A stretch of 64,000 nucleotides of DNA, from IMG/VR virus record IMGVR_UViG_2852885154_000004. The stretch is one strand, 5' to 3'. This document shows positions 9,395 through 20,071 of this stretch, piece after piece (within the stretch, counting starts at the first letter, position 1; each line of letters starts with the position of its first letter). The notes under the pieces are model-generated. The model was not told where the DNA came from, did not search any database, and was given only the letters and a program-made list of their open reading frames with translations. This stretch comes from a virus. The position numbers were made by a program, and so were the translations under genes.

Positions 9395-10712
9395 TATTGT
9401 TAATTACCTTATCCAAATCTACTTCATGATTCAGTTCCTTTTGCTTTTCTGCATCAATAAGCTTTTGCTCTCTTTCAGAATTGAATATAAAACTAAACAA
9501 TGTTCTCATTGTAGCTTTTGATAAAACACCATCTGGAATTTGGGATATAATTTGAGCTATTGTTAAATCATCCTGAGGAATATTTAATGTAAATTTGGTT
9601 TCTATATCTCTGTAATCATAATTTAAATTTTCAAGTTTATTAAACAATTTAAACATAAAATATAGTCTGCCTTTAATTATATTCTTCATTGACCCTTCAG
9701 AGTTCTTTATTCTTTGTTCAAGGCCTATAAGTCTATTTCTAAGAGCAGAACCACTGAGATTTGATTGCATTTTTTCATTTGTATCAATATGATTAGACAA
9801 TTCATACATTGTCTTCTTCAATGTATTAAGAGTATTTTGGACAGCTGTATCATTAATTTCTTTAGTTACAAATGACACTTTTCCATCTGCATCAACAGAA
9901 ATTGCCCCTTTTTCTTTTAGGTAATCAAGTTGTGTTTTTCCATCTTCGTCTTTATTTTTCACATCTATTTGACAACCAGAAAAAAGCAAATAAGCTAACC
10001 TATAGTCAGATATTTCATTTACAATATCACTTAAATTCGTACAAAAAGCATCCTGTAAATCCTTTAATTCATTAAATAAAGTATCCTGCTCTTTATATTT
10101 ACTCACTACACCAACTCTTACAGGAACCTCTCCAAATCTATTAGGAGTAGGTTCATCAATCTTATTAAAACTTTCATCAACATGATAAATATAATCTGGT
10201 GTGTAAATATCTATATATTGCTTTGTATCAAATTTCTTTTTATAAAATCTTAAGAACATTGATATATTCCCGAAATCATCTTCAAGAATATAGCCATCAC
10301 GAGGACTTATTACTTTTGCATTGAAAAAGAGTTCATTATTTTTTTCAGTTGTATAATATAATTCGTAGACACTGCCAAACGATAACATATCCCTAAGAAC
10401 GTTCTCTTCATGATTCTCATCCCAATGAGCCGTCTTATGTTCAATGTAATCAATTATATCTTTATTATCACTTTTGCTACCATAAGTGATTTTGTTACTA
10501 ACTAAATAAGCGACTTCTTCCATAATAAACTTTTTGATGAAGTTAACTTTAATTTTTAAATTGCTTCTTTTGGGATTTCGCTTATACTTTTTATATGCAT
10601 CTGTTTCTCCCACTATACAATAATCATACATCTTATCGTATAGTATTTTTCTACTTCGAAAATCACTCAGGACATGACTTAATAATTCTGAGTTATCCTG
10701 TATATATCCCAC
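9387..10712 (-). CDS. Portal protein (SPP1 gp6-like)
   Basis: SNLSGSALR motif; follows TerL. Confidence 0.88.
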   Translation of the reverse strand: MGYIQDNSELLSHVLSDFRSRKILYDKMYDYCIVGETDAYKKYKRNPKRSNLKIKVNFIKKFIMEEVAYLVSNKITYGSKSDNKDIIDYIEHKTAHWDENHEENVLRDMLSFGSVYELYYTTEKNNELFFNAKVISPRDGYILEDDFGNISMFLRFYKKKFDTKQYIDIYTPDYIYHVDESFNKIDEPTPNRFGEVPVRVGVVSKYKEQDTLFNELKDLQDAFCTNLSDIVNEISDYRLAYLLFSGCQIDVKNKDEDGKTQLDYLKEKGAISVDADGKVSFVTKEINDTAVQNTLNTLKKTMYELSNHIDTNEKMQSNLSGSALRNRLIGLEQRIKNSEGSMKNIIKGRLYFMFKLFNKLENLNYDYRDIETKFTLNIPQDDLTIAQIISQIPDGVLSKATMRTLFSFIFNSEREQKLIDAEKQKELNHEVDLDKVINNNG

Positions 10713-10726
10713 ATTAACACCTCCTC

Positions 10727-12520
10727 CTAAAATAATGAATTTCTATCGAATATTTCAACTTTACTAACTACTTTTATTTCTTTCAAAGCATTTTCACCCT
10801 CTGAAATCATATCTATAAAATCATCATGAGGAGTATATTTTTGACCTTGGAACTCTAATACTTGTTTAACTGCTGCTGAACTATCCTCACAATCAGAATT
10901 TATAACTATCTGTCCATTATTTACCGGATCCATAACAGTACTTATTTTTTCATCCTTGTTTGTTTTCTGCATTTTATTAATAAATTCAAGGCGCCTACTC
11001 TTTAATTTAGGTTCTTTATCAATTAATTCTTGTATTTTAAGAACATCAGCACCCATAAATGTATTTTTCTCAATAACAACATGAGTAATATCTTCATGCC
11101 TTCTAATAAAATCAATAGCCTTTTCGCAATAGTCATTATATCCAAGTCTTTTCATTAACAAATCACGAACATAAGTAAAGTCATTTGTAGCTTTACTCAT
11201 TACGCCCATAGCAGTATAGTCATTTTTCTTACTTGTACTTGCTGCTGGATCTATAACTAAAGCTGTTTTAATAAATTTATGGTTTTCTATCTCCTCACTA
11301 GTTCTAGTAGCAACAGATTTAAACCACTTTTCGCCTATAGCTGTAGCATCGTTCATAAGCTCAGACATAAATGCGGCTCTATCTTCCCAGTATTTAATCG
11401 CTAAATCATTAAAGCAATCCCATTTTTCAGGCCACCAGGTTTCAAATTTCATTTCCTCCTTGTGATCTTCATAGAATTGCTTAGCTTTTTCTTTTCTTTC
11501 CTCTTTATTTAGTTTTTCATCGAAGTATATATCATGACATTGTAACCACAAACCATTTTCGAAAATATCTTCAACAGTCTGGTCAGTTTCAAGAATTATT
11601 GCACGCCTTAAAATAGTATAATAATCACCATTTCTGCTTAGCTTAGACATTAAACAATCAATATGTAATACTGTTCCAATAGCAATGATCTTAGTTGCAG
11701 CTTTTATTTTTTTACCATTCCTATAAACTGCTTTATCTCCAACCTCTTCAACTTCTTTTGTCCATTTACTGTATTGTTTCTCCCTAGCTGCATCTGTTAA
11801 AATATTCTTTTCATCTTGGAAGTCATCACCTATAAATACAGTAGGTCTAATTCCTCCCCAATTAGAACCTCTAACAGATGTTCCAGAACCAACGGTCCTA
11901 ATATAAGTTCCATTAGTAAACTCAACTTCATTGGCATTAACTGTATATCTTTCTCCATTTGCTTTTACAGCCTTTATGTCAATTAATTTACCAAAGCATT
12001 TAATTATCTTTTGATTTTCATTGAATACTTTCTTAATGGAATCCAAGAATTGAGTTGCATCTGTATCGGTTTTAGCTCCAAGTAGAGTAAAGAGAGATTT
12101 TTTGTAGCAATGTAAATATACACTGACAGCCATATCAAATATTGTTGTCTTTGCAAATCCTCTAGGCTCAATTATTGCTGCTTTATCTCTTTTGTCCTTT
12201 ACAAATATATCATTGGCAACATCCCACAATTCATAATGACCTTTAGAAAGCTGTCTAGCCACATTCGGCTTATGATCTTCTGGGTACGAATTGTCTTCAT
12301 TAAATCCTTTAGGCACAAATATATCACTCATGAAATATAAACAGAAAAATTCGATATCTTTTTCACCCAATGCCTTTGCAAGCCTGTCTAAATCCCTGCT
12401 ATTGGCTTTTAATAGCTTATCAGCTGTCTCTTTATCATAATGCTTAGCGAGGTATTTATTTAACAGATATACCTCATATTTAAGTTCTGTATGAAATTTT
12501 AAGTTGTCAAAGTATATCAT
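10727..12520 (-). CDS. terL: Terminase large subunit
   Basis: PRGFAKTT Walker A, FIGDD Walker B, DPA and HDD nuclease motifs; start moved to ATG after GGAGG. Confidence 0.92.
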   Translation of the reverse strand: MIYFDNLKFHTELKYEVYLLNKYLAKHYDKETADKLLKANSRDLDRLAKALGEKDIEFFCLYFMSDIFVPKGFNEDNSYPEDHKPNVARQLSKGHYELWDVANDIFVKDKRDKAAIIEPRGFAKTTIFDMAVSVYLHCYKKSLFTLLGAKTDTDATQFLDSIKKVFNENQKIIKCFGKLIDIKAVKANGERYTVNANEVEFTNGTYIRTVGSGTSVRGSNWGGIRPTVFIGDDFQDEKNILTDAAREKQYSKWTKEVEEVGDKAVYRNGKKIKAATKIIAIGTVLHIDCLMSKLSRNGDYYTILRRAIILETDQTVEDIFENGLWLQCHDIYFDEKLNKEERKEKAKQFYEDHKEEMKFETWWPEKWDCFNDLAIKYWEDRAAFMSELMNDATAIGEKWFKSVATRTSEEIENHKFIKTALVIDPAASTSKKNDYTAMGVMSKATNDFTYVRDLLMKRLGYNDYCEKAIDFIRRHEDITHVVIEKNTFMGADVLKIQELIDKEPKLKSRRLEFINKMQKTNKDEKISTVMDPVNNGQIVINSDCEDSSAAVKQVLEFQGQKYTPHDDFIDMISEGENALKEIKVVSKVEIFDRNSLF

Positions 12521-12579
12521 GTTATTCCTCCTTTTGGGCATAATAAAAGAACCCTATTTCTAGAGTTCCTCAAACCTTT

Positions 12580-12705
12580 CTATTCAGCTGTTTTCTTCAT
12601 AGGTATTGGCATCTGTTCTTTTTCAATTCTTTCAGAAAATACTACTTTTACAGGTGGTGCAGCAGGTTTTACTTTTACTTCTTTTTCTTTTTCTTTATCA
12701 GCCAT
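12580..12705 (-). CDS. 41-aa peptide of a moron
   Basis: AAGGAG RBS; MADKEKEKEVKVKPAAPPVKVVFSE; followed by terminator hairpin. Confidence 0.55.
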   Translation of the reverse strand: MADKEKEKEVKVKPAAPPVKVVFSERIEKEQMPIPMKKTAE

Positions 12706-12722
12706 TATAAAATACTCCTTTC

Positions 12723-13244
12723 CTATAAATTTATATACGAAGAAATTGTATATGCAATTATTATCAAAGAAATTTGAATACAAATAAAAAGATTTACTCT
12801 AAAAAGATAGCCTTGTCTTTTATTATTTAAAATAAAGTTTCTATTCCTACATTCCTTTAATCTGTCAACATAATATTCATCTAGTTCATTTTTAACTTTT
12901 TCTTTATCTCCATCATAATATTTATTTAACTCTGTTCCCCAGTTATCTATTATGTCCCATTTATCAATATAGCAATAACCATAACCAAAATATGATCTAA
13001 ATGCATGATATAATGACATTAAAAATAGTATTATTATGACAATTATTAGAATTATAATCGAAATATATTCATACGCACCACTTACAAATAAACTAAACAT
13101 CTTAAATAACTTAGGTAGCATATTTATAATAGCTCCACCTATCAATGTTAACAATGTAAGTGGAATTGTAAGTCTAGCATGTATTTTATCGATTCTATCT
13201 AACTCAAAATAGTATGCTTTTTCATATATGTCTTTGTCATACAT
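12723..13244 (-). CDS. 3-TM membrane protein moron between terS and terL
   Basis: Three hydrophobic segments; GGAGG RBS; AT-rich. Confidence 0.65.
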   Translation of the reverse strand: MYDKDIYEKAYYFELDRIDKIHARLTIPLTLLTLIGGAIINMLPKLFKMFSLFVSGAYEYISIIILIIVIIILFLMSLYHAFRSYFGYGYCYIDKWDIIDNWGTELNKYYDGDKEKVKNELDEYYVDRLKECRNRNFILNNKRQGYLFRVNLFICIQISLIIIAYTISSYINL

Positions 13245-13662
13245 ATAATCCCTCCTTCCATATAATACAATTATACAAAAGTTGGTATATTCCTCCTTAG
13301 TATTACAACTTATTACCATTTAATCGAATTTAAAAATTATAGAGAAATTTTATAGAGCTTATCGACCATATTTTTTGATTTTTCATTTTAGAAGGTGCCC
13401 CCATCCATAGATTTATGCTATAATATCAATATAATCACGCTATAAATATCGGGAAATAATAATTAATTTTTATTCAATAAAACATGTATACTTTCTATTT
13501 TATGCACTGATTATTCACTGATTTTATACATTTCTTTATTCATAAAATGCGAAGTCTACTCTATACCAGTAGGCAAGCCATTCTTTAAAATTTTAGTTTA
13601 TGCAATTATTTCGCTAAATGATGACTTTGCGAAATAACTTTGAATGTTTCAGCCTTTCGTAA

Positions 13663-14097
13663 TTATTTAGCTTGGGAAATATCTATCACATTGTTATCAC
13701 TTTTAATCTCATTAACTAATTGATCTATATCAAGCTCGATGTTATTGTCTTTATCATTGCTTATGTCCTGTATCTTGTTAGTAGGAGTACCACAAAGTCT
13801 ATTGATTGCGTATATGATAGCATCTAGTGAGGTCTTGTCACTGCTGCTCTTAAGGGCAATCTTAATAAGTTTATCTGTTAGTGGAACAACTTGCGTTAAT
13901 AACCTACCATCAACCTCAGATTTTAACCCCTGTCTGCATTTGTCAAGCTCGGCCTTAAACAATTCATCTTTATTCTTCCATGTCGATACCGTTTGTCTAC
14001 TTACTCCAATAGCTGTTGCAACATCATTAACACTCTCACCTTCAACCAATAATTCAATTGCTCTTAGCTGCTTATCATTTAATTCTTTAGTAGCCAT
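13663..14097 (-). CDS. Terminase small subunit-like HTH protein
   Basis: N-terminal HTH (VATAIGVSRQTVSTWK); upstream of terL. Confidence 0.7.
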   Translation of the reverse strand: MATKELNDKQLRAIELLVEGESVNDVATAIGVSRQTVSTWKNKDELFKAELDKCRQGLKSEVDGRLLTQVVPLTDKLIKIALKSSSDKTSLDAIIYAINRLCGTPTNKIQDISNDKDNNIELDIDQLVNEIKSDNNVIDISQAK

Positions 14098-14334
14098 ATT
14101 ATCATAATCACCCCTTTTTACATCTTTACATCAAATCATATATAAACCTTACATAATATTACCCGTTATATATATCTATCGTATTCGCTGTTAGGTTCTG
14201 TTCAGATTCTCGAGTACTAATTTCACCTTCAAACAAAACCTCTCTATGCGCCTAATAAGTACATTGAAACAGATATTATTATTCACTCATTAAAGGGGTA
14301 CGGTCACTAGGAGATATATATTAATATATATCTA

Positions 14335-14988
14335 CTACTCATCGTACCCCCTGATTAAATTCATCGTGTCAATATAAAGTTTATTATCTTTGTTAACTTT
14401 ATACTTCTTAACCTTGTAATAATACTTATTTTCTATAGTTCTTATTATTACGTCCAATTCTCCTTTGGCTAATTGCAATTCAGCAAGAGTTATTTCACTC
14501 CGTGTATATTTATCTTGGAGTTTCTTAAATGCATTAACATACGCTTTATTCTTCCAAAATGATTTATATTCTTCAATCGTTACTTGAGCCAGTTCCCCCA
14601 GCGCTTTATCCAATTTAAAGTAATAATAACCATCCTTTGAAATTATCTTTTTATCCTGGAGCGTATTATCCCACTTAATAACAGTGTTTTTATTTATCTT
14701 CACCTTGCTGGCTATATCGTCTATCGTGTCGGGTTCTTCGGCTGTTCTTATATTGAAATAATTAATAAAGCAATCAGTTTTGCTAATATTATAGAGTTTA
14801 TTAATTATCTGCTTATCTTTGCTTATTCCCAGCTCGTATATTGTCTTTTTATTCTCAATGGATTTATCTAGTAATATATAACCTCTTTCCAATAGCCTTT
14901 TATCTAATGTTTTGCGCCTTTCTACTTGCTTGAGGGCATTTAAGTTAATATTTAATATGGATTTTAATCCACTCCTATCAACCTTCAT
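14335..14988 (-). CDS. Hypothetical DNA-binding protein
   Basis: Basic; internal HTH-like DIASKVKINKNTVIKW. Confidence 0.5.
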   Translation of the reverse strand: MKVDRSGLKSILNINLNALKQVERRKTLDKRLLERGYILLDKSIENKKTIYELGISKDKQIINKLYNISKTDCFINYFNIRTAEEPDTIDDIASKVKINKNTVIKWDNTLQDKKIISKDGYYYFKLDKALGELAQVTIEEYKSFWKNKAYVNAFKKLQDKYTRSEITLAELQLAKGELDVIIRTIENKYYYKVKKYKVNKDNKLYIDTMNLIRGYDE

Positions 14989-15179
14989 TTTCTTCTTTCA
15001 TTATTTTTAAAGCATTCCATTAGGTCTCTATTATTGAATGGATAATAGAATAAATCCATCTTTTCGCAATCTTCTTTACATTCTTTGCACATGTCCGGAG
15101 ACTTAGCACATATAACTTTTCCATCTCTAAATCTCAAATTTAATTTGATTTTTTTTCTTTTATTTATGGCTTTGCTCAT
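14985..15179 (-). CDS. Small Cys-rich hypothetical protein
   Basis: ORF with AGGAG RBS, four Cys. Confidence 0.5.
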   Translation of the reverse strand: MSKAINKRKKIKLNLRFRDGKVICAKSPDMCKECKEDCEKMDLFYYPFNNRDLMECFKNNERRK

Positions 15180-15516
15180 GGTATAAATCTCCTTTCATGA
15201 ATTTGATAAGTTATTACTTTATGGCCTGATAGAGTGCAACAACTAAAATCTCTCTCACATTATTGAATTTAATCAATATATAATAAACCAGTAGGAAATT
15301 ATAATACAAACTGTGCCAAAGGAAGTTATTACACCTCACTTAATTTAATATTTTGGTTTCTACTGGTCTATAATCACATAAAAATACCCCATATCGTCTA
15401 CATATCTCTCAAGTATAAACTTAAGGCTTCAACTTTACAGGGTATTTATTATTAGGATGAAATTTTATTATGTTTAATCTTTCAACAATATCATCTTACT
15501 ACGTTTAAAGCGCGTA

Positions 15517-15580
15517 GAACAGTTACATTACAGTTCTATAACTGTTTTAAAACTGCTTTAATACTGTTTATAAACTGTCA
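15517..15580. promoter_or_regulatory. 11-bp-periodic ACTG repeats; probable late-activator binding site
   Basis: ACTG at 15541/15552/15563/15574; inverted CAGT at 15520/15531. Confidence 0.65.
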
Positions 15581-15581
15581 T

Positions 15582-16037
15582 TTATGGATAAATCAAATCA
15601 CTAAGCTTGTCTATTATTTTATTTCTTAACTTAGTACAATAATCCTTATCAAAACCTAGGTTTAAACCAATCTCAACCCATGTTTTTTTATCTTTACTGA
15701 AGTATCTTAATTCAACTAATTTAAATTCATCACTGGTTAATTGTTCTAATGCTCCATCAATCTTAGTTTTTAAATTTAGGTTATACTTCCTTTTAGACTT
15801 AAGAGCTTGAATTTTATCTGCTATCTTTTCTTCTCTCTTAATAACTTCATTTTCTACAGTGCTGGAGAATGCGTTAGTAGGACTTGATCTTTCTTCATAG
15901 CTTATTGCATTAACTGTTATGTCATTTTCTAAATTATCTATATCTATATCGATGTTTTTAATCTTTGTATCTAAGCTCTTATAATTGTATAGAGTATACT
16001 CTGTCTTCTTAAAATTATTATCTTCCATACTACTCAC
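15582..16037 (-). CDS. Late transcriptional activator (RinA/ArpU-like)
   Basis: LVELRYF..KTWVEIG sigma-4-like HTH; last early gene before packaging. Confidence 0.75.
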   Translation of the reverse strand: MSSMEDNNFKKTEYTLYNYKSLDTKIKNIDIDIDNLENDITVNAISYEERSSPTNAFSSTVENEVIKREEKIADKIQALKSKRKYNLNLKTKIDGALEQLTSDEFKLVELRYFSKDKKTWVEIGLNLGFDKDYCTKLRNKIIDKLSDLIYP

Positions 16038-16126
16038 GACTCCTTAGGATTAATTTATAGCTGCTAACTAGATTAATAGCTTTGTCTGTTTTAATTCCCA
16101 TGTTATCCCCCCTTTTAATTTCCATT

Positions 16127-16744
16127 TCAAATATCTATTGCATGCATTTCGCTCACGTCCATTTCTTTATCAATATCTCCTCCTATAAGAAAATTTCTAA
16201 CTGAATAGTACAGAATCCTAAAAATGTGATATCCAGTATCTAAATTTGAAGTAAAGACAGTGTTCTGAATATATTTATCCTGAAGACTTGTGAGTTTTCC
16301 TACAAAGGCTTTAGAGCCATATTGACTTCTATAATTTCCGGTTATTATATTATTTAATCCGTTAGGATCCTCAACGATTAGGAACATTTTAATTCCTTTC
16401 ATTTTTGCCCTTATAAGCTCACGTTCCAACCTTATATCATCCCTGGTGTCTTTCTTTTCTGCTAGATTTCCTGCTAACTCATCAACACTATTTTTTCTTT
16501 CAACCCCAACTTTAAAATATAAATCCCTTGTAATCCCCATTTCTGGCCTTGCTGTTATTATTGCAGTGTAATCACCTTCATTTACAACCTGACGTTTATA
16601 AGGAATTTTTTTTGTATCAAACCAAGATAAAATATGATCATTAACCTGCTCTCTAGTATCATAAATAATCTTGAAATTTTCCTTAAGCAATTTATCAATA
16701 TCTGATTCCGAAAATCTTAATCTTATTCCTTCCAAATTTTTCAC
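16127..16744 (-). CDS. ERCC4-domain nuclease
   Basis: DTREQ, GDY, VERKNSVDEL motifs. Confidence 0.82.
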   Translation of the reverse strand: MKNLEGIRLRFSESDIDKLLKENFKIIYDTREQVNDHILSWFDTKKIPYKRQVVNEGDYTAIITARPEMGITRDLYFKVGVERKNSVDELAGNLAEKKDTRDDIRLERELIRAKMKGIKMFLIVEDPNGLNNIITGNYRSQYGSKAFVGKLTSLQDKYIQNTVFTSNLDTGYHIFRILYYSVRNFLIGGDIDKEMDVSEMHAIDI

Positions 16745-16748
16745 CTTC

Positions 16749-17456
16749 TTAATCTATTTTATTTACATTTTTATAGTAAAAGGCTGTGTGCTTACCTTCC
16801 CACTCTACATTTATTGTTTCACCATTGTTGTAAACTCTTACTACCTTACCAGTTCCTTTGATTCCTTTGTATTCAATTTCAACAATCTCATCAATTTCAA
16901 ATTCTGTGATGTTTCCATCCATTTTTGTAACTTTATTATCCAAATCCGTAATTTCTTTAGCCATTTCTGTAACAAAAAGCTCATTTTCATGATATTTAGG
17001 CTTTTGTTCATATTCGATGACCCAGCCTTTATAATTTATAACAACCGTTTTTTCTCCAGGTATTATGACGTTAGAATCACCTTTACGTTTAATGTATTGT
17101 GTTACCTTCATATCATTTAATTTTTTAAGCTGCAGATTATTAAGTTCTTTATCTTTATTGACGAATAATATTTCATCAGCTGGCATTAAACCAACATTTG
17201 CGCCTAAATCAAATTCATGCACGCCTTGTCCATTAAAATATTTTGTCTTATCTTCTAATTCAACAAGTAATGCTCCTGAAACAGTTTTTATGATTCTATT
17301 ACAGCTCTCTTTGTAGAGATTTATTATTTTTTGGAAGTGATCTTCCTTCATCTCTTGTTTCTCCACTATAACTTTTTCTTTAGGCTTGATAATAGGTTCC
17401 TGAATTGGCATATTGAATAAATCAATTTGCCCTTCTAACACAATTATTTTCTTCAA
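16749..17456 (-). CDS. Hypothetical phage protein
   Basis: ORF; N-terminal QIDLF resembles a beta-clamp-binding motif. Confidence 0.55.
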   Translation of the reverse strand: MKKIIVLEGQIDLFNMPIQEPIIKPKEKVIVEKQEMKEDHFQKIINLYKESCNRIIKTVSGALLVELEDKTKYFNGQGVHEFDLGANVGLMPADEILFVNKDKELNNLQLKKLNDMKVTQYIKRKGDSNVIIPGEKTVVINYKGWVIEYEQKPKYHENELFVTEMAKEITDLDNKVTKMDGNITEFEIDEIVEIEYKGIKGTGKVVRVYNNGETINVEWEGKHTAFYYKNVNKID

Positions 17457-17544
17457 ATTATCTCACCTTCTTTTTCACTTGATTTTCATATGATAATAAA
17501 AACTTATAACAATAGTGTTATTTACCCTATATTCGTATTACGCA

Positions 17545-18528
17545 CTACATAGCACATTCAAAAATGCTATTAGTGTTATAAATTTTTAAGCTCTCTCTGA
17601 TCCGCTCCTGGTTCTTATGTCTTTTATTTAAAAATATTTCAAAATTAATACTTTTAAAGAAACTTGGCTGATTACAATATGCTGCATAATCTATATAAAA
17701 GTTTCTTTCCTCACTATCCCAACAATTAATATCCCTCATAACATAAGGCAAACACTTATTTTTTCTGCACCATTCAACTCTATGAATTAATAATGGTATA
17801 CTCATATCTTTGTTGTGATAGATATAAAATTTAACTTTCCAATCTCTATAGATATATTTCTTTATAATTATTAATTGTTTTTCTAATAGTGGCTGATACT
17901 TGGGATCATCAAAGGCAAATATATATTCACCCATGTAATTTAATTGAGATAGCAATTTTGCATTATCTTCATTAACTAATCTAAAGTCTAATCCTTGGTT
18001 AAATTCACATCTGATATTATGGTCTATAAGGTACTGAAATACTTCCATATGCTTATCATAAGCCAGTATATTGTTATCAAGAAACTTTGCTTTATGATGT
18101 TTAATTATGTTCTCTAGAGAGTTATAAACCTTTAATTTCCCCTCATATTTTGGTACCTTGCAGAAAAAGCAATTTCTTATACATCCTCTAGTAAGAAAAC
18201 CATAGCTTGTATCTTCTTCTGGATAATAAAATGGCTCTGTCTTTTCAATATCTACAGGTAATTTCAATGATGGATTTATAGAGCCAATACCACCATATTC
18301 AATACTGTTACAACCTACTATCTCAAACCTATCTTGATTGATTTCAAAGATATTGCTGGAATAAACTTTATCAAATCTAGCTGCATTAACTATTACTTTT
18401 TTCCTATCTGGATAACCATCTAACTTTAAATCCTTCATAATTACTTCATGATCCTTTTTAAAATAGTTATACATTCTTCGTATTGCTAAGTTAAATTTAG
18501 AATCTACATTAACTAATAATATTTTCAT
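17545..18528 (-). CDS. Radical SAM protein
   Basis: TRGCIRNCFFC (CxxxCxxC), LDNNILA, FNQGLD. Confidence 0.82.
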   Translation of the reverse strand: MKILLVNVDSKFNLAIRRMYNYFKKDHEVIMKDLKLDGYPDRKKVIVNAARFDKVYSSNIFEINQDRFEIVGCNSIEYGGIGSINPSLKLPVDIEKTEPFYYPEEDTSYGFLTRGCIRNCFFCKVPKYEGKLKVYNSLENIIKHHKAKFLDNNILAYDKHMEVFQYLIDHNIRCEFNQGLDFRLVNEDNAKLLSQLNYMGEYIFAFDDPKYQPLLEKQLIIIKKYIYRDWKVKFYIYHNKDMSIPLLIHRVEWCRKNKCLPYVMRDINCWDSEERNFYIDYAAYCNQPSFFKSINFEIFLNKRHKNQERIRESLKIYNTNSIFECAM

Positions 18529-18645
18529 TTCTCCCTCCACGTCTGGAGGTATGGCCATACATTTTATCTAGAATTACTCCGATTTATATTTGTTTTTACA
18601 TATTTCTTGATTACCTAATATATGTTAAAATCATAATTAAGGTAG

Positions 18646-19062
18646 GTGAAATTTATGGAAAAAAATCCAGCTATTATTGTAGCTCTAATAACAGCTATTG
18701 CTGCTATCATTGCTCCAATAATTACATCTTATAACAACAATAAAACTCAATTACAATTAAAAAATATGGATTTGTTTTATAAAGATAAATCAGATATTTA
18801 TCAACGTTTTTGCTTAGCTTTTGAAACCTTAGATTCTTGGGTTCATGACTTAAATGAAAATATTGATAATGAGCCCCTAAGCAACGAATATTTAAATATT
18901 CATAAGTTAACTTATTTAATATCCAATGACGAAGTACGTACTTTGTTAGATGAATTAAGCTCTCATTTTGACAAACCAGCTATAAACGAGGGGAAATATG
19001 AAATTCTTAAAAAAGAAATCATCAAGTCTATGAACTATGACCTTCAAAGTTTTAATAATTAA
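18646..19062 (+). CDS. Opposite-strand moron, single N-terminal TM protein
   Basis: Hydrophobic N-terminus; reverse orientation to neighbours. Confidence 0.6.
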   Translation: MKFMEKNPAIIVALITAIAAIIAPIITSYNNNKTQLQLKNMDLFYKDKSDIYQRFCLAFETLDSWVHDLNENIDNEPLSNEYLNIHKLTYLISNDEVRTLLDELSSHFDKPAINEGKYEILKKEIIKSMNYDLQSFNN

Positions 19063-19361
19063 ATATGCAGTTTCTTTATGCACTTAGATTTTAAGTGCTT
19101 TTTTCTGCCTTAAATCTTTCATTATTCTTCCGCATTTACTACATACTTTCTACAAAACATGTATCTCTAAATTCAATCGCCAGTTTTTATTTTTGTCTAG
19201 GATCAGTAGCTACATTCTATATTAGAATTGCGCACTAAAAAATACCGTATATTCTTTTTTCAATAATACGGTATTCTCTTTAAGTTATATTTAATTTTAT
19301 CTTCGTAATATTTTAAAATTAGTTCTTTAACTTACTCCACAAACTGGTATTTGCAACTTTA

Positions 19362-19901
19362 TTACATCCCAACTATCTTTCTAACTGTGTTCGCTGTTCT
19401 GATTGTCAGCTTGCTACTAATGTTTGCGTTAGCTGTCTTTGACCACCAATTTGTCTTTTGATAATCCTTTCGACTAAAAGACCAGAATACTGCTTTTTTG
19501 TAGTTCTTTATCTTTTCAAATTCTTCCTTAGGCTCTCCTATTTCACTAAATACATCAGTAAATGTTGTCGGCAACATTATAAAAATCAGATTATCGTATA
19601 TTTCCTTGTTTTCATTTCCCCACCAGTCAGGGGCATTATGTAATATATCTTTCAGTTCTTCTTTTAATATGACAAAAACCGGTATTTCCAAATTAAACCT
19701 GTCTTTTATCATTGTTTCAAGCTGACCGGAAAAATCCTCTTTGTAATCCTCATCACTTGAAAAGATGACATTGCCGCTGTTCAGATATGTCTTAACTTCT
19801 AAAAAACCAAGTTCTTCAAAACCTGCCTTTAATCCAGCCATTGGAATCTTATTTTTGCCACTTATATTGATGCCCCTTAAAAATGCAATATATCTTTTCA
19901 T
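19362..19901 (-). CDS. DUF1697-family protein (cassette)
   Basis: YIAFLRGINISG, KTYLNSGNVIF, TIRTANT motifs. Confidence 0.85.
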   Translation of the reverse strand: MKRYIAFLRGINISGKNKIPMAGLKAGFEELGFLEVKTYLNSGNVIFSSDEDYKEDFSGQLETMIKDRFNLEIPVFVILKEELKDILHNAPDWWGNENKEIYDNLIFIMLPTTFTDVFSEIGEPKEEFEKIKNYKKAVFWSFSRKDYQKTNWWSKTANANISSKLTIRTANTVRKIVGM

Positions 19902-20071
19902 ATAACAAAGTCACCTCATCAAATTCTAATTTATTGCTTAGTAAAAAACTATAAACTCATATAATAATACAATTATGAGTTTATTATAGCATATTTTTAT
20001 AACACCGTATTATTCAATTTTCAAAGATCATTTTTAAAATTTACTACGTCAAATCTACATATGGTGTACTA

